Positions 32,216 to 44,802 of a stretch of 49,132 nt of DNA are shown piece by piece (within the stretch, counting starts at the first letter, position 1; each line of letters starts with the position of its first letter). The position numbers were made by a program, and so were the translations under genes. Source of the DNA: an uncultured Collinsella sp. (GTDB taxonomy: Bacteria > Actinomycetota > Coriobacteriia > Coriobacteriales > Coriobacteriaceae). The stretch spans positions 1-49,132 of the forward strand of contig URJD01000001.1 in NCBI GenBank assembly GCA_900548075.1. Reading direction: 5' to 3'. The notes beneath the pieces are model-generated. The model saw only the letters and a program-made list of their open reading frames with translations. It had not been told where the DNA came from and made no database searches.

Positions 32216-34555
32216 CTATTTTGCCACTTTGGGCTTAAAGGATTTTAGGCGCAGAGCGTTGCTTACGACACATACGCTCGACAGGCTCATGGCCGCGGCG
32301 CCAAACATCGGCGAAAGCTGCCATCCGGTGAGCGGGAAGAACACGCCCGCCGCCAGCGGAATGCCGATGCCGTTGTAGAACAGCGCCCAGAACAGGTCCT
32401 GCTTGATGTTGCGGATCGTGGCGCGCGAAAGCTCGATGGCGCGGGCGACGTCCATGAGGTCGCTGCGCATGAGTACCACGTCGGCGCCCTCCTTGGCGAT
32501 GTCGGCGCCGGTGCCGATGGCAAGGCCCACGTCGGCGCGCGCCAGGGCGGGGGAGTCGTTGATACCGTCGCCCACCATGGCGACCTTGCCGCCCGCGTCC
32601 TGCAGTTCGCGCACGTGGCGCTCCTTGTCGGCGGGTAGAACGTCGGCGATGACCTGCTCGCTGGTGAGCCCCACGCGGCGGGCGATGGCCTCGGCCGTCA
32701 CGCGGTTATCGCCGGTGAGCATGCGCACGTCGACGCCGAGCGAGCGCAGCGCGGCAATGGCTCTGGCACTCGTCTCCTTAACCTCATCGGCCACGGCAAT
32801 GGTACCGGCAAGCTCACCGTTCTTGGCAAAGAACAGCGGCGTCTTGCCCTCGGCGGCAAATTGCTCGGCGAGCCCCTCGGGCACGGTGACTCCCAGCTCG
32901 TTCATCAGCTGCACGTTGCCGGCGGCAATGGCGTTTTGACCTTCGCGCGCCGTGACGCCACGGCCGGGCACGGCGGCAAAGTCCTCGACCATGCGCGCGA
33001 CGATTCCGCGTGTCTCGCACTCGGCCATAATCGCCTCTGCCAGCGGATGCTCGCTCTGGCGCTCCAGTGCGGCGGCCAGCTTGAGCAGCGCTTTCTCGCT
33101 CATGACGGGCGCGCCGTCGACGCGCTCGGCAACCACAATGTCGGTTACGGCCGGCTTGCCGCGGGTAACGGTGCCCGTCTTGTCGAGCACCACGGTGCCC
33201 ACGTTGCGCAGATTCTCCAGCGCCTCGGCGCTCTTAAACAGAATGCCCATCTCGGCGCCCTTGCCGGTGCCGACCATAATGGCGACCGGCGTGGCCAGGC
33301 CCAACGCGCACGGACAACTGATCACCAGCACGGCCACGGCGGAGATGAGCGCTTCGTTGACGCTGCCGGTCAGTACCATCCACGCCACAAAAGTCACGGC
33401 CGAGATCGCAAGCACGACGGGTACGAACACGCCGGCGACCTTATCGGCCATGCGGGCGATGGGCGCCTTGGTGGCGTTGGCGTCCTCGACGAGCTGGATG
33501 ATCTTGGCGAGCGACGTGTCGGCGCCCACGCGCGTGGCACGGAAGGTAAACGATCCGGTGCGGTTGACCGTGGCGGCGTTGACGGTGTCGCCGGCGGTCT
33601 TTTCCACAGGGATGGACTCGCCGGTCAGCGCGCTTTCATCGACGGCCGAGGCGCCCTCGAGTACCACGCCGTCGACGGGGATGGACTCGCCGGGGCGCAC
33701 GCGCAGCACCTGGCCGGGCAGGATAGCATCGACGTCGACGGTGGTCTCGCTGCCGTCATCGGCCACGACGGTCGCGGTCTTGGGCGCCAAGTCGATCAGC
33801 GCCTCGATGGCACCGCCGGTCTTGGACTTACTGCGCGTCTCGAGGTATTTGCCCACGGTGACGAGCGACAGGATCGTGCCGGCACTCTCAAAATACAGGT
33901 TGTCCATGCCCGTCATCATGGCATTGTGGACCTGCCCGGCGGCCAGCTGGTCGGCCATGATAAACATAGCGTAGAGCGACCAGGCGATGGACGCGGTAGC
34001 GCCGACCGCGATGAGCGCATCCATGGTGGGTGCGCCGTGCGCGAGCGATTTGAAGCCGTTGATAAAGTACGCGTCGTTGACGTAGACGATAGGGATGAGC
34101 AGGACGAGCTCGGTAAGCGCGAGCGTCATGCTGTGGGTGTGGTCGGTGAAGATGCCGGGTAGCGGCCAGCCGAGCATATGGCCCATGCCTATGTAGAACA
34201 GCGGGATGAGGAAGATGATCGAGATGATGAGGCGGGTGCGCATGGCGGAGGCGGCGACCTCCAGCTTTTTGGTGGGCGACTCCATATGGGCGGCGCCGGA
34301 CCTGGCTTGCGCGCTGCCGCTTGGGGCGGCTTCGGTGCCCGCGCTGACGGGTGAGGCCGAGTAGCCAGCGCGATCGACGGCGGTGCAGATGTCGTCGGGG
34401 GTGACCTGCGCGGGGTCGTAGTCCACCAGCATAGAGCCGGCGAGCAGATTGACCGCGACGCTTTGGACGCCGTCGAGCTTGCTCACGGCGCGGTCTACGT
34501 GCGCCTGGCAGGCGGCGCACGTCATGCCGCCTACATCGAATTTATCTTGAGCCAT
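32216..34555 (-). CDS. copA: Cu(+)-translocating P1B-type ATPase
   Basis: [52 protein letters not shown]. Confidence 0.96.
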   Translation of the reverse strand: MAQDKFDVGGMTCAACQAHVDRAVSKLDGVQSVAVNLLAGSMLVDYDPAQVTPDDICTAVDRAGYSASPVSAGTEAAPSGSAQARSGAAHMESPTKKLEVAASAMRTRLIISIIFLIPLFYIGMGHMLGWPLPGIFTDHTHSMTLALTELVLLIPIVYVNDAYFINGFKSLAHGAPTMDALIAVGATASIAWSLYAMFIMADQLAAGQVHNAMMTGMDNLYFESAGTILSLVTVGKYLETRSKSKTGGAIEALIDLAPKTATVVADDGSETTVDVDAILPGQVLRVRPGESIPVDGVVLEGASAVDESALTGESIPVEKTAGDTVNAATVNRTGSFTFRATRVGADTSLAKIIQLVEDANATKAPIARMADKVAGVFVPVVLAISAVTFVAWMVLTGSVNEALISAVAVLVISCPCALGLATPVAIMVGTGKGAEMGILFKSAEALENLRNVGTVVLDKTGTVTRGKPAVTDIVVAERVDGAPVMSEKALLKLAAALERQSEHPLAEAIMAECETRGIVARMVEDFAAVPGRGVTAREGQNAIAAGNVQLMNELGVTVPEGLAEQFAAEGKTPLFFAKNGELAGTIAVADEVKETSARAIAALRSLGVDVRMLTGDNRVTAEAIARRVGLTSEQVIADVLPADKERHVRELQDAGGKVAMVGDGINDSPALARADVGLAIGTGADIAKEGADVVLMRSDLMDVARAIELSRATIRNIKQDLFWALFYNGIGIPLAAGVFFPLTGWQLSPMFGAAAMSLSSVCVVSNALRLKSFKPKVAK

Positions 34556-34600
34556 GGCTTCTCCTTTCTGTGACGTAGTGTCGGAAATGTTAACCAACCG

Positions 34601-34640
34601 ATACTATACACCCATACCCCCTGGGGGTGTCTAGTAGTAG
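34601..34640. promoter_or_regulatory. CsoR operator/promoter region
   Basis: cccataccccctgggggtgt C/G-tract pseudo-palindrome typical of CsoR sites, upstream of copA. Confidence 0.7.
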
Positions 34641-34702
34641 TTGGAATGTATGACTTTTCATTACAGATGAGGGTGGCTGCTCAATCGGCGGTCGTCTTTG
34701 CC

Positions 34703-34847
34703 AAACATCTCAATCTGTAACGTCTGGACCGGTTTTTGAACCATAGCTGTTACAGATTTAGACAAACATTTCGGCCGAAAACTAACGTCTCGATCTGTAA
34801 CATCTAGACCGGTTTTTGGGTTCTAACTGTTACAGATCGAGACAATT
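34703..34847 (+). repeat. Two tandem copies (80-bp period) of the 27-nt-spacer palindromic element
   Basis: aaacatctcaatctgtaac-N27-gttacagatttagacaaa and taacgtctcgatctgtaac-N27-gttacagatcgagacaatt. Confidence 0.9.
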
Positions 34848-34885
34848 GCCGGGGAGGGGTCCCGTCACGGCAAGACGCCCGCCGC

Positions 34886-36970
34886 CTAGATACAGAACCC
34901 GGGGATCACACAGATTAGCTTGTTTGGCTCTTCCGCAGGCGTTGCGTACGTAAAGACGTCGCCGTCGTGCCCCACGCGGTTCATATAGAGCGTGCCTCCA
35001 CTCTCCGATGTGTCAGGGCTCACCGTGCGCTCCCACCAGCAGGTGTCCTTGCCCTTCCACTGGCGGACCATCGTCTCGTTCGTGGAATACGGGCTCACCT
35101 TGAGCTCGCGGAAGAGCTGATACTCCTTGCCCTCGCCGTTGTAGATGTCTGCCAGGTAGTGATAGCCCTCGGCAAACGAATCGGGCGGTTGCGTACCGCA
35201 CAGCTCGACCATGGCGGGCAGCCAAAGGGTTGCGGGCAACTCGCTCAGACACGATGCACTGTTGGCGGCGCCCACATTGTTCGAGACCTTCTTGACCCCT
35301 TTGATGAGCGCGCGCAACTCGTTGGGCAGCAGCTTAAGGCCGTCGCCGTCGAGCCATTCCCGCAGCTCGCAATCTGCCCAGCCGGCGCTCGGCGGTTCAG
35401 TCGCAGCATCGCGCTCGGCAATACCCGCGTCGAACATAAACGTCAGCCCGGCCTTGCCCGTCCCGTCCAGAAGCTCATCGTGACGGATGCCCACAAGCTG
35501 AGCGCCGACCTCCAGCCCGTTGGCGAGCTTCACACGCTTGGTGCACGGATAGGGGATATGCCCATCAACGTCGAGCAGGTGGTAGCGCTTGGCAATCTCG
35601 CGTGCCTCGCTACGGGTCTCGGCGGCCTTAATCTTGAGCGAAATTTCCTGCAGCTGATCCCAGGCGTAGTCGTCAAGTGAACCGCGGATGCCGTCCAGGT
35701 AGTCGGGGATGCCAAAGCCATGGGTTGCCGCCCCGATAACGCCGAGCCCCGCAACGGCTGCAACGACGCCGCCGATGACAAAGCGGCGGCGGGTCATGGC
35801 ATCGTGACGGGCCTGCTCCAGGATCTCTCGTGCGCGCTCGCCGGCGACGTCGACCTTAAGGTGCGTGCCAGAATCGATATCAATTGCGGCCTCGTCTCCT
35901 GCACCCTCGCGGTCCTCAGATTCTGCAGCGGGGAGGTATGTCGAGAGCACCTCGAGCATTTGCTGCTCGGTAGGGCGATCGCCCTGTTCGACCGAGATGC
36001 CTTTCATGATGATCTGGACAAGCGCGTTGTCACCCTCGCAGCGCGGTTCGAGCGGCGCCGGTTTGGTCTTGGTCTTTATGAGATAGAACGAGCCGGTTGC
36101 CGCAGCGCCCGTCGACTCGGCATCGAACGGTTTACGACCGCTGTAGAGCTGGTACAGAATGCTCGAAAGCGCGTAGACATCGATGGCGGGCGAGCGGCGA
36201 AGGGCCGCGATGCCTTCGATATCCTGCGTGAGCATCTCGGGCGCGGCGTATGCGGGCGTGGCAAAGCGCCAGATGTCGGCGCGCCGGGTGATCGTGTCGT
36301 CGCCGAGAGCCATGGTCGCGGAGCCCATGTCGATGAGGCAGGGGTCAAAGGAACAATCAGCAATCTGCTGCTCGAGCGTTCGGCTGGTGGTGCGGAACAT
36401 GATATTGGCAGGCGACAGGTCGCGATGGACGACCGGATTCACAAGGCCTTGGGTCATCAAGAGCGCACGAAGCACGGCGTTTCCGACGGCGGCGACCATC
36501 TGGGTGGTCAGCCCGCCCGAGGCGTCGTGAGGAAGCAGGGGCAGCGCCTGCTTGAGTGAGGTGCCCTCGACCCACTCCATGAGGATGAGCGGGTCATCCT
36601 CGCACGATCCGTAGCCGTAGACGCGCGGAAATCCGCGCAGGTGCGAGACGGTACACAGATGACGGTACTCCTCGAACAGCGCAGCGGTGTTGGCCAGGTG
36701 CGCTGCCGATTGCTCGGCGGAACGGTCGGGGGCTTGGCCGGAAAGGATGGCGTTGTCCTTGAGCAGCTTGACGGCAAAGACCTCGCCGCTTGTGTTGGTC
36801 GCGCGAAGCACGTGCCCGATATTGCCGTTGTTGCGGTGGTCCGTCTGGAGAATAAGCGTCATAAACCGACGCTTGGCGTCGTCCTCGGCGCTGGGGTCGA
36901 CCGCCACGGCGGTATCGAACGTATCGAGACGGATGAGTTTGTCGCCATAGGCGCTATCGGTAGTATCCAT
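34886..36970 (-). CDS. Membrane Ser/Thr protein kinase with DUF6273-like C-terminal domain
   Basis: FAVKLL, VHRDLSPANIMF, LIDMG, TPAYAAPE, IDVYAL; RRR + TM segment; C-terminal GWADCELREWL...LWLPAMVEL...WWERT...VIPGFCI. Confidence 0.85.
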   Translation of the reverse strand: MDTTDSAYGDKLIRLDTFDTAVAVDPSAEDDAKRRFMTLILQTDHRNNGNIGHVLRATNTSGEVFAVKLLKDNAILSGQAPDRSAEQSAAHLANTAALFEEYRHLCTVSHLRGFPRVYGYGSCEDDPLILMEWVEGTSLKQALPLLPHDASGGLTTQMVAAVGNAVLRALLMTQGLVNPVVHRDLSPANIMFRTTSRTLEQQIADCSFDPCLIDMGSATMALGDDTITRRADIWRFATPAYAAPEMLTQDIEGIAALRRSPAIDVYALSSILYQLYSGRKPFDAESTGAAATGSFYLIKTKTKPAPLEPRCEGDNALVQIIMKGISVEQGDRPTEQQMLEVLSTYLPAAESEDREGAGDEAAIDIDSGTHLKVDVAGERAREILEQARHDAMTRRRFVIGGVVAAVAGLGVIGAATHGFGIPDYLDGIRGSLDDYAWDQLQEISLKIKAAETRSEAREIAKRYHLLDVDGHIPYPCTKRVKLANGLEVGAQLVGIRHDELLDGTGKAGLTFMFDAGIAERDAATEPPSAGWADCELREWLDGDGLKLLPNELRALIKGVKKVSNNVGAANSASCLSELPATLWLPAMVELCGTQPPDSFAEGYHYLADIYNGEGKEYQLFRELKVSPYSTNETMVRQWKGKDTCWWERTVSPDTSESGGTLYMNRVGHDGDVFTYATPAEEPNKLICVIPGFCI

Positions 36971-37107
36971 GGCGTTCCTTTGTCTGGCATGGGTTACCGC
37001 ACGTTTACGCGAGCAGTGCGGATATCGGTAAAGTACCATGATAGCCGCACTGCCCATGTATACCGCTGAGTATTGTCGTTTACGATGCAGAAGGTAGAAG
37101 ACGAAAG

Positions 37108-37141
37108 ACGGACGGCGACCGTCTTTCGATCGCCGTCCGTG
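37108..37141 (-). terminator. Hairpin between the FHA gene and the kinase
   Basis: acggacggcgatcg-aaaga-cggtcgccgtccgt-cttt on the minus strand, right after the FHA stop. Confidence 0.55.
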
Positions 37142-38104
37142 CTAGTCCACAATGACGAGAAATGTCGTGTAGAGACCCAGATGGAGCCTGTCGCTGTTTT
37201 CGATTTCCACCGGGGGATAGATCTTGCCGGGCTCGCGTTGGTCGCGCGGCGGCTCAATCACAATATCGCCGTCGCCTGCACCCGATTCGAGTACCGTGCC
37301 GTTGGTCGATCCAAGGCCCTGGGCGTACCAGTGCTCACCCTCAAGCCAAATGCGAAGATGCTCGCGCGATGCGTCGGCGCCCACATCGGTGATGCTGGGC
37401 GAGGTTTTGGGCAAAGAACCAATCACGGTGCCGCGCGGATCGCGTGTGAGGGGATGGATTTGCATGTCGGCGCAGTTGTCGGCATGGGTTCTGAGCAGAC
37501 CGAGGTTGGGAGCGACGGTGCGCGGCTGCTCCAGGCTGCTCATAAAGCCACGTCCGACGGTAGTTTCGGTGGTGCCAAAGTGCCCGCCTGTCTTGCTGTC
37601 GCAAAAGCGCTCGACGGTGGCCACGCCCTGAACGGGATCGGCGAGCGCCCCCGTTGCCACAAAGAGCATAAGGTAAAGCGTGCTTTTCTCGCGCACGGCA
37701 TTGCCGTCAAAGTTGTCGATGCGATTGAGGGCATTTGCATATAGGCGGCTGTCCAGCTTGTAGCTGGCGAGAGCCGACATCATTTCGTTGGCGGCCGGAC
37801 CGCGATAGTGCTCGGCGATTGCCCGATAGGCGGACTCGCCGCCGCCGAGCTTGCTGCAGATTGCCGAGGAAAGGTTGAGCGTGGCGACGGTAAAGTCGCT
37901 GTAGATGGAGGGCGCGCACTGGTCAGGCTCGCGATGGACGATGTAACGGGTGAGATACGAGCGGTTGGAAGAGCATTTCTCGAGCAGGGTACTGCCGAGA
38001 TAAGAGTTTCCATTGATGAGCATTCGGGCGATCTCGAGATGTCTAAGACCGCCGAACGAGCGAATATCGTTATAGAGGACCGAGCAAGGTGTCTCTGCTG
38101 CCAC
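37142..38104 (-). CDS. FHA domain-containing protein
   Basis: AGGAGG RBS + GTG 38104; C-terminal TVIGS...ASREHLRI...GLGSTNGT...DRLHLG. Confidence 0.8.
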   Translation of the reverse strand: MAAETPCSVLYNDIRSFGGLRHLEIARMLINGNSYLGSTLLEKCSSNRSYLTRYIVHREPDQCAPSIYSDFTVATLNLSSAICSKLGGGESAYRAIAEHYRGPAANEMMSALASYKLDSRLYANALNRIDNFDGNAVREKSTLYLMLFVATGALADPVQGVATVERFCDSKTGGHFGTTETTVGRGFMSSLEQPRTVAPNLGLLRTHADNCADMQIHPLTRDPRGTVIGSLPKTSPSITDVGADASREHLRIWLEGEHWYAQGLGSTNGTVLESGAGDGDIVIEPPRDQREPGKIYPPVEIENSDRLHLGLYTTFLVIVD

Positions 38105-38280
38105 GGATACCTCCTTTGATTGCTTCCTAGCCAATAAGGCGATAGGAATTAATGGCCCCGGTGGGCGACGTATTAAATGGCTGCGCAATATGTAGCGTAA
38201 CCAAAGCAACATTATAGGCCACATGTTCGAAATTGCAGGAAGACTGAGAGATTTGGTTTGGACTGAACGGAAATCCCCCT

Positions 38281-38342
38281 CTGTCTTGTTCTGTAACATC
38301 TGAACCCGGTTTTGCCCTGCATCTGTTACAGATTGAGATAAT
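38281..38342 (+). repeat. Palindromic element, 27-nt spacer family
   Basis: ctgtcttgttctgtaac-N27-gttacagattgagataat. Confidence 0.85.
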
Positions 38343-38610
38343 CGGCCGGGCCCACCTCGTCCGCCTCGTCATCTGTGGTTTACGTGGGGGCATGCGAAGC
38401 ACGGGTATACTAACCGGCGGCGAATCTGCTCCATCGCTTAGAGCTGCTGCGTCTGGACGGCGCGTGATAGGGCTGCCAAAGCGATCGCCAGCGTGCTGAG
38501 CAACGTCCTCTCTGTGCGCACCCGTTTTTGTATGTATTAGCGCACTACCAAGCACGCCCGCGCGGCCGCATGCCGTGCCCATTGCGCGTGCAGATAAGGA
38601 ACAACAACAT

Positions 38611-40839
<2,229 letters not shown>

Positions 40840-40870
40840 CATGCGTATCGCGCACTAAAGCGAGGCGAGT

Positions 40871-40906
40871 AGGGGCCCCGAGCACACAACGCTCGGGGTC
40901 CTTTTT
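40871..40906 (+). terminator. Rho-independent terminator
   Basis: aggggccccgagc...gctcggggtcctttttg. Confidence 0.8.
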
Positions 40907-40926
40907 GTTTGCCGTGTGTACCAAAA

Positions 40927-40976
40927 CAAGGAGTGTCCCCGGGTGCCGGCAGATAAGGAACGTCCCTAAGTGCCGC
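40927..40976. repeat. REP-like element (copy of the 28145-28184 family)
   Basis: aaggagtgtccccgggtgccggcagataaggaacgtccctaagtgccg. Confidence 0.75.
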
Positions 40977-41162
40977 CTTTTTGGTAATGCGTTTTATCAA
41001 ATATGGCGTTCATCTGCGGTAAAGGTGTTTATCACCGCTGAGGGGCGGCTTTGATACCGCCTGCCGATGTGTGTTGTAACCAGACACATTTTTAGGTCAG
41101 TGTGTTGCGTGTAACAACTTCGCCCGGCCTCGCCTCCGGGCTGCCATGTGAGAGGGGATCTT

Positions 41163-42995
41163 ATGGCTCGACTGCACGTAATGGAACGCAGCCACGCTCA
41201 GGCCGTCATGGACGACCTGCACGATGCGCTCGGACGTCGTCTGGCGGTGAGTTCGCTCGCCCCGTGCCCCGTTGAGTTTACGGCAGCGCTCGTCAATCTG
41301 TGCTCCACCCAGAGCTGCGGCAAGTGCACGCCCTGCCGCGTGGGCCTGAGCGCGCTGAGCGACCTGCTCGCCGATGTGCTCGAGGGCCGCGCCGACGAGT
41401 CCACGCTCAACTTGATTGAGCGCACCGCCCGCACCATCTACCTTTCGAGCGACTGCGCCATCGGCTACGAAGCTGGCGCCATGGCACTCACGGCCATTCG
41501 CGGCTTCCGCGACGATTTTGAGCATCACATCCGCGAGCACTCCTGCGGCTTTGACCGCGAGGCCCGCGTCCCGTGCGTTTCGGGCTGCCCGGCGCACGTC
41601 GACATTCCCGGGTACATTTCGCTGGTCGAGGCCGGCCGCTATGCCGACGCCGTCAAGGTCATCCGCAAGAACAATCCGCTGCCGCTCGTCTGCGGCCTGG
41701 TGTGCGAGCATCCCTGCGAGATGCACTGCCGCCGTGGCATGGTCGACGACCCCATGAACATCCTCGCCCTCAAGCGTTTTGCCGTCGAGCACAGTGACCT
41801 CAACGACCACAAGCCGCATGTAGTGGACAACACCGGCAAGCGCGTCGCCGTGATCGGCGGCGGCCCGGCCGGCCTTTCCTGCGCCTACTACCTGGCCGTG
41901 ATGGGCCATAAGGTGACCATCTTTGAGCAGCGCCACCACCTGGGCGGCATGCTGCGCTATGGCATCCCCAGCTATCGTCTGCCGCGCGAGCGCCTGCAGG
42001 CCGAGATCGACTGGATCTTGAGCGCCGGCATCGACGTTGAGCTCGATCACTCCGTCAACGGCGAGGAACTTGCCCGCCTGCGCGACGAGTTCGATGCCGT
42101 CTACCTGGCCATTGGCGCCCACAGCGATAAGAAGCTCGGCCTTCCGGGCGAGGAAGCGCTCGGCGTGGAGTCGGCCGTCAAGATGCTGCGCGCCATCGGC
42201 GACGACGAGCTGCCCGACCTGAGCGGCCAGCGCGTGTGCGTCATCGGCGGCGGCAACGTGGCCATGGACGTGGCGCGCTCCGCCGTGCGCTGCGGTGCCG
42301 AAAAGGTGAGCATCGTCTACCGCCGTCGCATCTGCGACATGACGGCCCAGGACGCCGAGATCGCCGGCGCCCAGGCCGAGGGCTGCGAGGTGCTGGAGCT
42401 GACGGCCCCGCTCGCCATCGAGACGGGCGAGGACGGTCGCGTGAGCGGCCTGCGCGTGCAGCCGCAGATTATCGGCGAGCCCCGTCGTGGGCGTCCGGCC
42501 CCGCGTGCCGCCGCCACGCCCGAGCGCGTCATTCCCTGCGAGCGCGTGTTTGTGGCCATTGGCCAGGACATCGATTCCAAGCCGTTTGAGGAGATGGGCA
42601 TTGCCTGCAAGTGGGGCTGCGTGGTCACCGACTCGGACGGTGCCGTGCCCAACTTCGATGGCCTCTTTAGCGGCGGTGACTGCCAGACCGGCCCCGCCAC
42701 CGTTATCCGCGCCATCAACGCCGGCCGCGTGGCTTCGGCAAATATCGACCGCTACCTGGGCTTCGACCACAAGATCAAGCTCGACGTGGAGCTGCCGACC
42801 GTCCAGTTTAAGGGCAAGCACGAGTGCGGCCGCTGCGAGCTGGGCGAGCGCGAGGCCGGCGAGCGTATTCACGATTGGAATCTGGTCGAGCAGGGTCTCA
42901 CCGAGCAGGAGGCGCGCCAGGAGGCGAGCCGCTGCCTGCGTTGCGATCACTTTGGCTTTGGCGCGTTCCGCGGAGGGAGGAACCTGGAATGGTAG
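41163..42995 (+). CDS. GltD-like FeS flavoprotein with N-terminal NuoF-type 4Fe-4S domain (hydrogenase partner)
   Basis: QSCGKCTPCRVG...DCAIG; PCVSGCPAH, CGLVCEHPCEMHC, IGGGPAGLS, IGGGNVAMD, EASRCLRCD. Confidence 0.9.
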   Translation: MARLHVMERSHAQAVMDDLHDALGRRLAVSSLAPCPVEFTAALVNLCSTQSCGKCTPCRVGLSALSDLLADVLEGRADESTLNLIERTARTIYLSSDCAIGYEAGAMALTAIRGFRDDFEHHIREHSCGFDREARVPCVSGCPAHVDIPGYISLVEAGRYADAVKVIRKNNPLPLVCGLVCEHPCEMHCRRGMVDDPMNILALKRFAVEHSDLNDHKPHVVDNTGKRVAVIGGGPAGLSCAYYLAVMGHKVTIFEQRHHLGGMLRYGIPSYRLPRERLQAEIDWILSAGIDVELDHSVNGEELARLRDEFDAVYLAIGAHSDKKLGLPGEEALGVESAVKMLRAIGDDELPDLSGQRVCVIGGGNVAMDVARSAVRCGAEKVSIVYRRRICDMTAQDAEIAGAQAEGCEVLELTAPLAIETGEDGRVSGLRVQPQIIGEPRRGRPAPRAAATPERVIPCERVFVAIGQDIDSKPFEEMGIACKWGCVVTDSDGAVPNFDGLFSGGDCQTGPATVIRAINAGRVASANIDRYLGFDHKIKLDVELPTVQFKGKHECGRCELGEREAGERIHDWNLVEQGLTEQEARQEASRCLRCDHFGFGAFRGGRNLEW

Positions 42996-44800
42996 AGCCC
43001 AACAACACCACCGTCAGCGACAACACCGAAAACGGAGCGCATAACATGGTCAAGCTCACTATCGATAATTGCGAGGTCGTGGTTCCCGAGCACACCACGA
43101 TCCTGGATGCGGCCAAGTCCGTCAGCATCCAGATTCCCACCCTGTGCTACCTGCGCGATCTAAACGAGATCGGCGGCTGCCGCGTATGCGTGGTCGAGGT
43201 TGAGGGCTGCGACCAGCTGGTTGCCGCCTGCAACAACTACGTGCTCGACGGCATGGTGGTCCACACCAACAGCCCCAAGGTCCGCGAGGCGCGTCGCACC
43301 AACGTGCAGCTGCTGCTGTCCCAGCACGACTCGCGCTGTACGAGCTGCGTGCGCAGTGGTAACTGCAACCTGCAGACCATCGCCAACGACCTGGGTATCT
43401 TCTATCTGCCGTACGAGCAGCACCTGGCGCGCGAGGGCTGGGACTTCGATTTCCCCATCATCCGCGATAACGACAAGTGCATCAAATGCATGCGCTGCAT
43501 CAAGGTGTGCGAGAGCGTGCAGGGCTTAGGGATTTGGGACCTGACCAACCGCGCCACGCATACCGCCGTGGGCACCCGCGGGCGTGCGCCGATCGGCAAG
43601 ACCGATTGCGTCGCGTGCGGTCAGTGCATCACGCATTGCCCGACGGGCGCCCTGCGCGAGCGTGACGATACCGAGACCGTGTTCGACGCCATCGCCGATC
43701 CCGACAAGATCGTACTGGTGCAGATTGCGCCGGCCGTGCGTAGCGCCTGGGGCGAGGAGCTCGGCATTCCGCGCGAGGAGGCCACCGTTGAGCGCCTGGC
43801 TTGCGCCCTGCGCCGCGTTGGCTTTGAGTACGTGTTCGACACCGATTTCTCGGCCGACCTCACCATTATGGAGGAGGGCTCCGAACTGCTCGAGCGCCTA
43901 GGGAAGGCCGTCAAGGGCGAGGGCGACACCCACGGCTGGCCCATGTTCACGAGCTGCTGCCCGGGCTGGGTGCGCTTTGTGAAGGCACGTTACCCCGAGT
44001 TTGTCGACAGCCTGTCCACGTCAAAGTCGCCGCAGCAGATGTTCGGCGCCATCGCCAAGACCTACTACGCCAAGGTGCTGGGCGTGGAGCCCGAGCGTCT
44101 GTTCGTGGTGTCCGTTATGCCATGCACGGCCAAGAAGGCCGAGTGTGCGCTGCCGAGCATGATGGGCGAGGGCGGCGCGCCCGACGTGGACGTTGCACTG
44201 ACGGTGCGCGAGATGGTGCGCATGATCCGCGCGAGCCACGTGAGCGTGGACACGCTTACCGAGGAGCCGCTTGATACGCCGCTGGGCTTTGGCACGGGCG
44301 CGGGTGTGATCTTTGGCGCCACGGGCGGCGTGATGGAGGCCGCCGTGCGCTCGGCCTATTACCTGGTGACGGGCAAGAACCCCGACGCCGACTTCTTCAC
44401 CGACGTGCGCGGTCTGGACGGCTGGAAGGAAGCAGTGGCCGATATCGAGGGCACCAGGGTGCACGTCGCCGTGGCGCACGGACTGGGCAACGCCGCCCGT
44501 CTGCTCGACGCGATTCGCGATGGCCGTGTGAGCTATGACTTCGTTGAGGTCATGGCGTGCCCCGGCGGCTGCGTCGGTGGCGGCGGTCAGCCCATCCACG
44601 ACGGCTGCGAGCTGGCAGCTGAGCGCGGCCAGGTGCTGTGGGGCCTGGATGCCGCTGCGGACATTCGCTTCTCGCACGAGAATCCCGATGTCCAGGCGTG
44701 CTACCGCGAGTTCTTGGGCGAGCCGCTCTCGCCGCTGGCCGAGGAGCTGCTGCATACCGACCATCACGCCTGGTCGATGCCTAACGAGGGGGCGTGCTAG
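42989..44800 (+). CDS. [FeFe] hydrogenase, group A
   Basis: H-cluster motifs FTSCCPGW, MPCTAKKAE, EVMACPGGCVGGGGQP; N-terminal 2Fe-2S, His-ligated and 2x4Fe-4S clusters. Confidence 0.96.
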   Translation: MVEPNNTTVSDNTENGAHNMVKLTIDNCEVVVPEHTTILDAAKSVSIQIPTLCYLRDLNEIGGCRVCVVEVEGCDQLVAACNNYVLDGMVVHTNSPKVREARRTNVQLLLSQHDSRCTSCVRSGNCNLQTIANDLGIFYLPYEQHLAREGWDFDFPIIRDNDKCIKCMRCIKVCESVQGLGIWDLTNRATHTAVGTRGRAPIGKTDCVACGQCITHCPTGALRERDDTETVFDAIADPDKIVLVQIAPAVRSAWGEELGIPREEATVERLACALRRVGFEYVFDTDFSADLTIMEEGSELLERLGKAVKGEGDTHGWPMFTSCCPGWVRFVKARYPEFVDSLSTSKSPQQMFGAIAKTYYAKVLGVEPERLFVVSVMPCTAKKAECALPSMMGEGGAPDVDVALTVREMVRMIRASHVSVDTLTEEPLDTPLGFGTGAGVIFGATGGVMEAAVRSAYYLVTGKNPDADFFTDVRGLDGWKEAVADIEGTRVHVAVAHGLGNAARLLDAIRDGRVSYDFVEVMACPGGCVGGGGQPIHDGCELAAERGQVLWGLDAAADIRFSHENPDVQACYREFLGEPLSPLAEELLHTDHHAWSMPNEGAC

Positions 44801-44802
44801 CG

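Noticed and set aside
34703..34847. CRISPR mini-array
   Set aside because: Arms are inverted rather than direct repeats, and the two spacers are homologous
34886..35050. Diversity-generating retroelement
   Set aside because: No reverse transcriptase and no template repeat of the kinase 3' end seen in the window
41070..41118. Rex-like operator upstream of the hydrogenase operon
   Set aside because: tgttgtaacc/tgtaacaac only weakly resemble TTGTGAA-N4-TTCACAA
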